Positions 38,187 to 39,969 of a DNA stretch of 39,969 nucleotides are shown here, in pieces (the stretch's first letter is position 1; each line of letters starts with the position of its first letter). Both the position numbers and the translations under genes were made by a program. The DNA is from Promethearchaeota archaeon (GTDB lineage Archaea > Asgardarchaeota > Lokiarchaeia > Sigyniarchaeales > SOKP01), in contig RDOE01000025.1 of the NCBI GenBank assembly GCA_011364975.1, forward strand, positions 1 to 39,969, in the 5' to 3' direction. A model generated the notes under the pieces. It was given only the letters and a program-made list of their open reading frames with translations. It was not told the DNA's origin and made no database searches.

Positions 38187-39428
38187 TTGGATTATTTTAT
38201 GTTACTTTATGAAAATAAAAGAATCAAATTACTAAACTTCCTCAAATTAGGCATTAATCCTTTTAGGAAGTTCGTAAGCACAGGGGAAATCAAAGAGGAA
38301 TTAGGTCTAGTAAAATCACGTGATGAATTATTTCAATCTATCAAGGAAAGGCTAGAAAAAGAAAATAACATCATTATTCCAATTATAGGTGATGTGGGTG
38401 TTGGTAAAACTCACTTATACTGGATGTTACGATATAATCTTTATTTTCATAATTCAATCTATTTATCCCTAGAATCTCTTAAAAATCGATTCTATTATAC
38501 AATCTATTCAGAGTTTATAGAAATTTTAGGAGTAGATTTATTGAGGTTCATTCTAAACCAATTGTGTACACAATGGGGTGCACTTGAAAGAAAATATGGT
38601 TTTTTTCATGTCGCAAATTTAGAAAGAGCAAAATCAAAGGCTTTGGAGCATTTTTTAAGTTTATATGATGAGAAAGATATTGATATCATAGAAGATATTA
38701 TCAATGGAATTATTATTCATCAATTTGATCCATATAACAAGATAGAAGCTGAGGAATGGTTATTAGGCAGACTCATGGATGCTAAAGAATTATCTAGGTT
38801 AAATATGAATAGTGATCTTAGAAAAAGCAAAAGCGCTTATATGATGTTAAGAATTTTAATTGAAAATTCTAAATTGAATACTGTTCTTTTTATTGATGAT
38901 TTTGAAAAAATTATAACCATTATGAAACCAAAAGATGAATCCACTGAAGAAGTATTTGATCCTAGCTGGCTTTATGGAAATGAAAAATCTCCTGATGATA
39001 TTAAATCCGAAAAAATTTTGAGTAGATTAACCAAATTAATTACTATTAACAAATTACGGATCATAATAACATTAAAATCTCTGGACTTGTTGAATGAAAT
39101 TAAACAGAAGTTTGAGGAATTTTACCCTGATTTCATTTTAAATATAGGGGAACCACTCTTTATTGAAAGTTTTAAAGAAAATGACATTTTTGAATTTTAC
39201 ACTCAAAATATAAATAGCTTTTATGAAGAAATGGATTTTAAGGAATTTATTGGAGCTTTTCAAAATGAATATTTCCCTCTAAATAAAAAAACCTTAAAAA
39301 AAATTTATAATCAAACCCAAGGTAATCCACGCGAAGTTATAAAGTCTCTTATAGAAATCTTTAATCAAATTATATACTCTGATGAAAGATTAGATGAAAT
39401 CCTTGAAAATTATGAAAAATCAAATTAG
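38187..39428 (+). CDS. P-loop AAA+-like ATPase (BrxD/DUF2791-like)
   Basis: Walker A IIGDVGVGKTHL, helical insert with EWLLG, Walker B VLFIDDFE, C-terminal GNPREVI. Confidence 0.75.
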   Translation: MDYFMLLYENKRIKLLNFLKLGINPFRKFVSTGEIKEELGLVKSRDELFQSIKERLEKENNIIIPIIGDVGVGKTHLYWMLRYNLYFHNSIYLSLESLKNRFYYTIYSEFIEILGVDLLRFILNQLCTQWGALERKYGFFHVANLERAKSKALEHFLSLYDEKDIDIIEDIINGIIIHQFDPYNKIEAEEWLLGRLMDAKELSRLNMNSDLRKSKSAYMMLRILIENSKLNTVLFIDDFEKIITIMKPKDESTEEVFDPSWLYGNEKSPDDIKSEKILSRLTKLITINKLRIIITLKSLDLLNEIKQKFEEFYPDFILNIGEPLFIESFKENDIFEFYTQNINSFYEEMDFKEFIGAFQNEYFPLNKKTLKKIYNQTQGNPREVIKSLIEIFNQIIYSDERLDEILENYEKSN

Positions 39429-39434
39429 CTTTAA

Positions 39435-39969
39435 TTAAATTCTTCTTTGTAGAAGAATTTTCTCTAAAATTTTTATTTCTGAATTAAGTGTAACTTTTAC
39501 TTTCTCTTCCCAATCTGAATTAAGGATTTTTTCTTGAAAGGTTTCTAACTGTGATATTGTCGTGAGAAATTCAATTATTAGCACTCTTACCATGTTTTTG
39601 TTTAAAAGTTTATAGTTTTGGTGATTATTGAGAAAATTAAATAATTTCTCCTCATTACTTATCTCTTTTTTTAAAATTTTAAGGGCTTGATTAACTCTAT
39701 CAGTATTTTTCGTTCCTAAAATCGAAATAATTGATTTTAAAGAAGATTCTTCAAGATTTTTATAGAGATTAAATACTTTTAGAGTACTATCTTGAATTGG
39801 CTCATAATCTTCTTTTAATGCAGTTTCTAATACTTCATTTATCGATTTAAGATCTGAGCCTGATTTAACAATATTATAAAGAGCCTGAATTATTTCGTTA
39901 CGAACCCATCTATCAGAATTATAATAACTATTCACCAGAAAATCAATATATTTTGTATCCAACTTAACA
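39435..39969 (-). CDS. C-terminal part of a HEAT/ARM-repeat protein (truncated by window edge)
   Basis: DRWVRNEIIQAL and ALKEDYEPIQDSTL are HEAT-like units. The frame continues to the window end. Confidence 0.6.
   Translation of the reverse strand, partial: VKLDTKYIDFLVNSYYNSDRWVRNEIIQALYNIVKSGSDLKSINEVLETALKEDYEPIQDSTLKVFNLYKNLEESSLKSIISILGTKNTDRVNQALKILKKEISNEEKLFNFLNNHQNYKLLNKNMVRVLIIEFLTTISQLETFQEKILNSDWEEKVKVTLNSEIKILEKILLQRRI

Noticed and set aside
38187-39428. Cdc6/Orc1 with a replication origin
   Set aside because: No C-terminal winged-helix domain, and no ORB-like repeats noticed nearby.
1-39969. tRNA/rRNA genes, transposases, integrases, proviral genes
   Set aside because: No cloverleaf or rRNA-like GC-rich stretch and no recombinase or capsid motifs were seen.

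Overview
Very AT-rich (roughly 30% GC by eye), gene-dense archaeal chromosome segment. It is most likely from an Asgard archaeon (Lokiarchaeia/Promethearchaeota), inferred from a Loki-CTERM-type IPGY sorting tail, two Roadblock/LC7 proteins, a TIR-domain protein, an archaeal-type MetRS, frequent TTG/GTG starts and oligo-T terminators. It holds about 35 CDSs. Many are anaerobic organotrophy genes: a glycyl radical enzyme, two crotonase-fold paralogs, an isovaleryl-CoA-type dehydrogenase, a CCG Fe-S oxidoreductase, a radical SAM activase, an amino-acid permease and peptidases/hydrolases. I found no rRNA, tRNA, CRISPR array or transposase. The most interesting items are (1) a 21xWD40-TIR gene converging on a CorA/RMD1-like 2TM-Nudix gene, a possible ADP-ribose-signalling immune pair, (2) a vWA plus double zinc-finger protein resembling the eukaryotic TFIIH subunit p44/Ssl1, (3) a Roadblock protein closely resembling dynein light chain DYNLRB, and (4) a giant type-I membrane glycoprotein with eukaryote-like sorting motifs in its tail. 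All family calls come from motif recognition by eye. No database searches were run.
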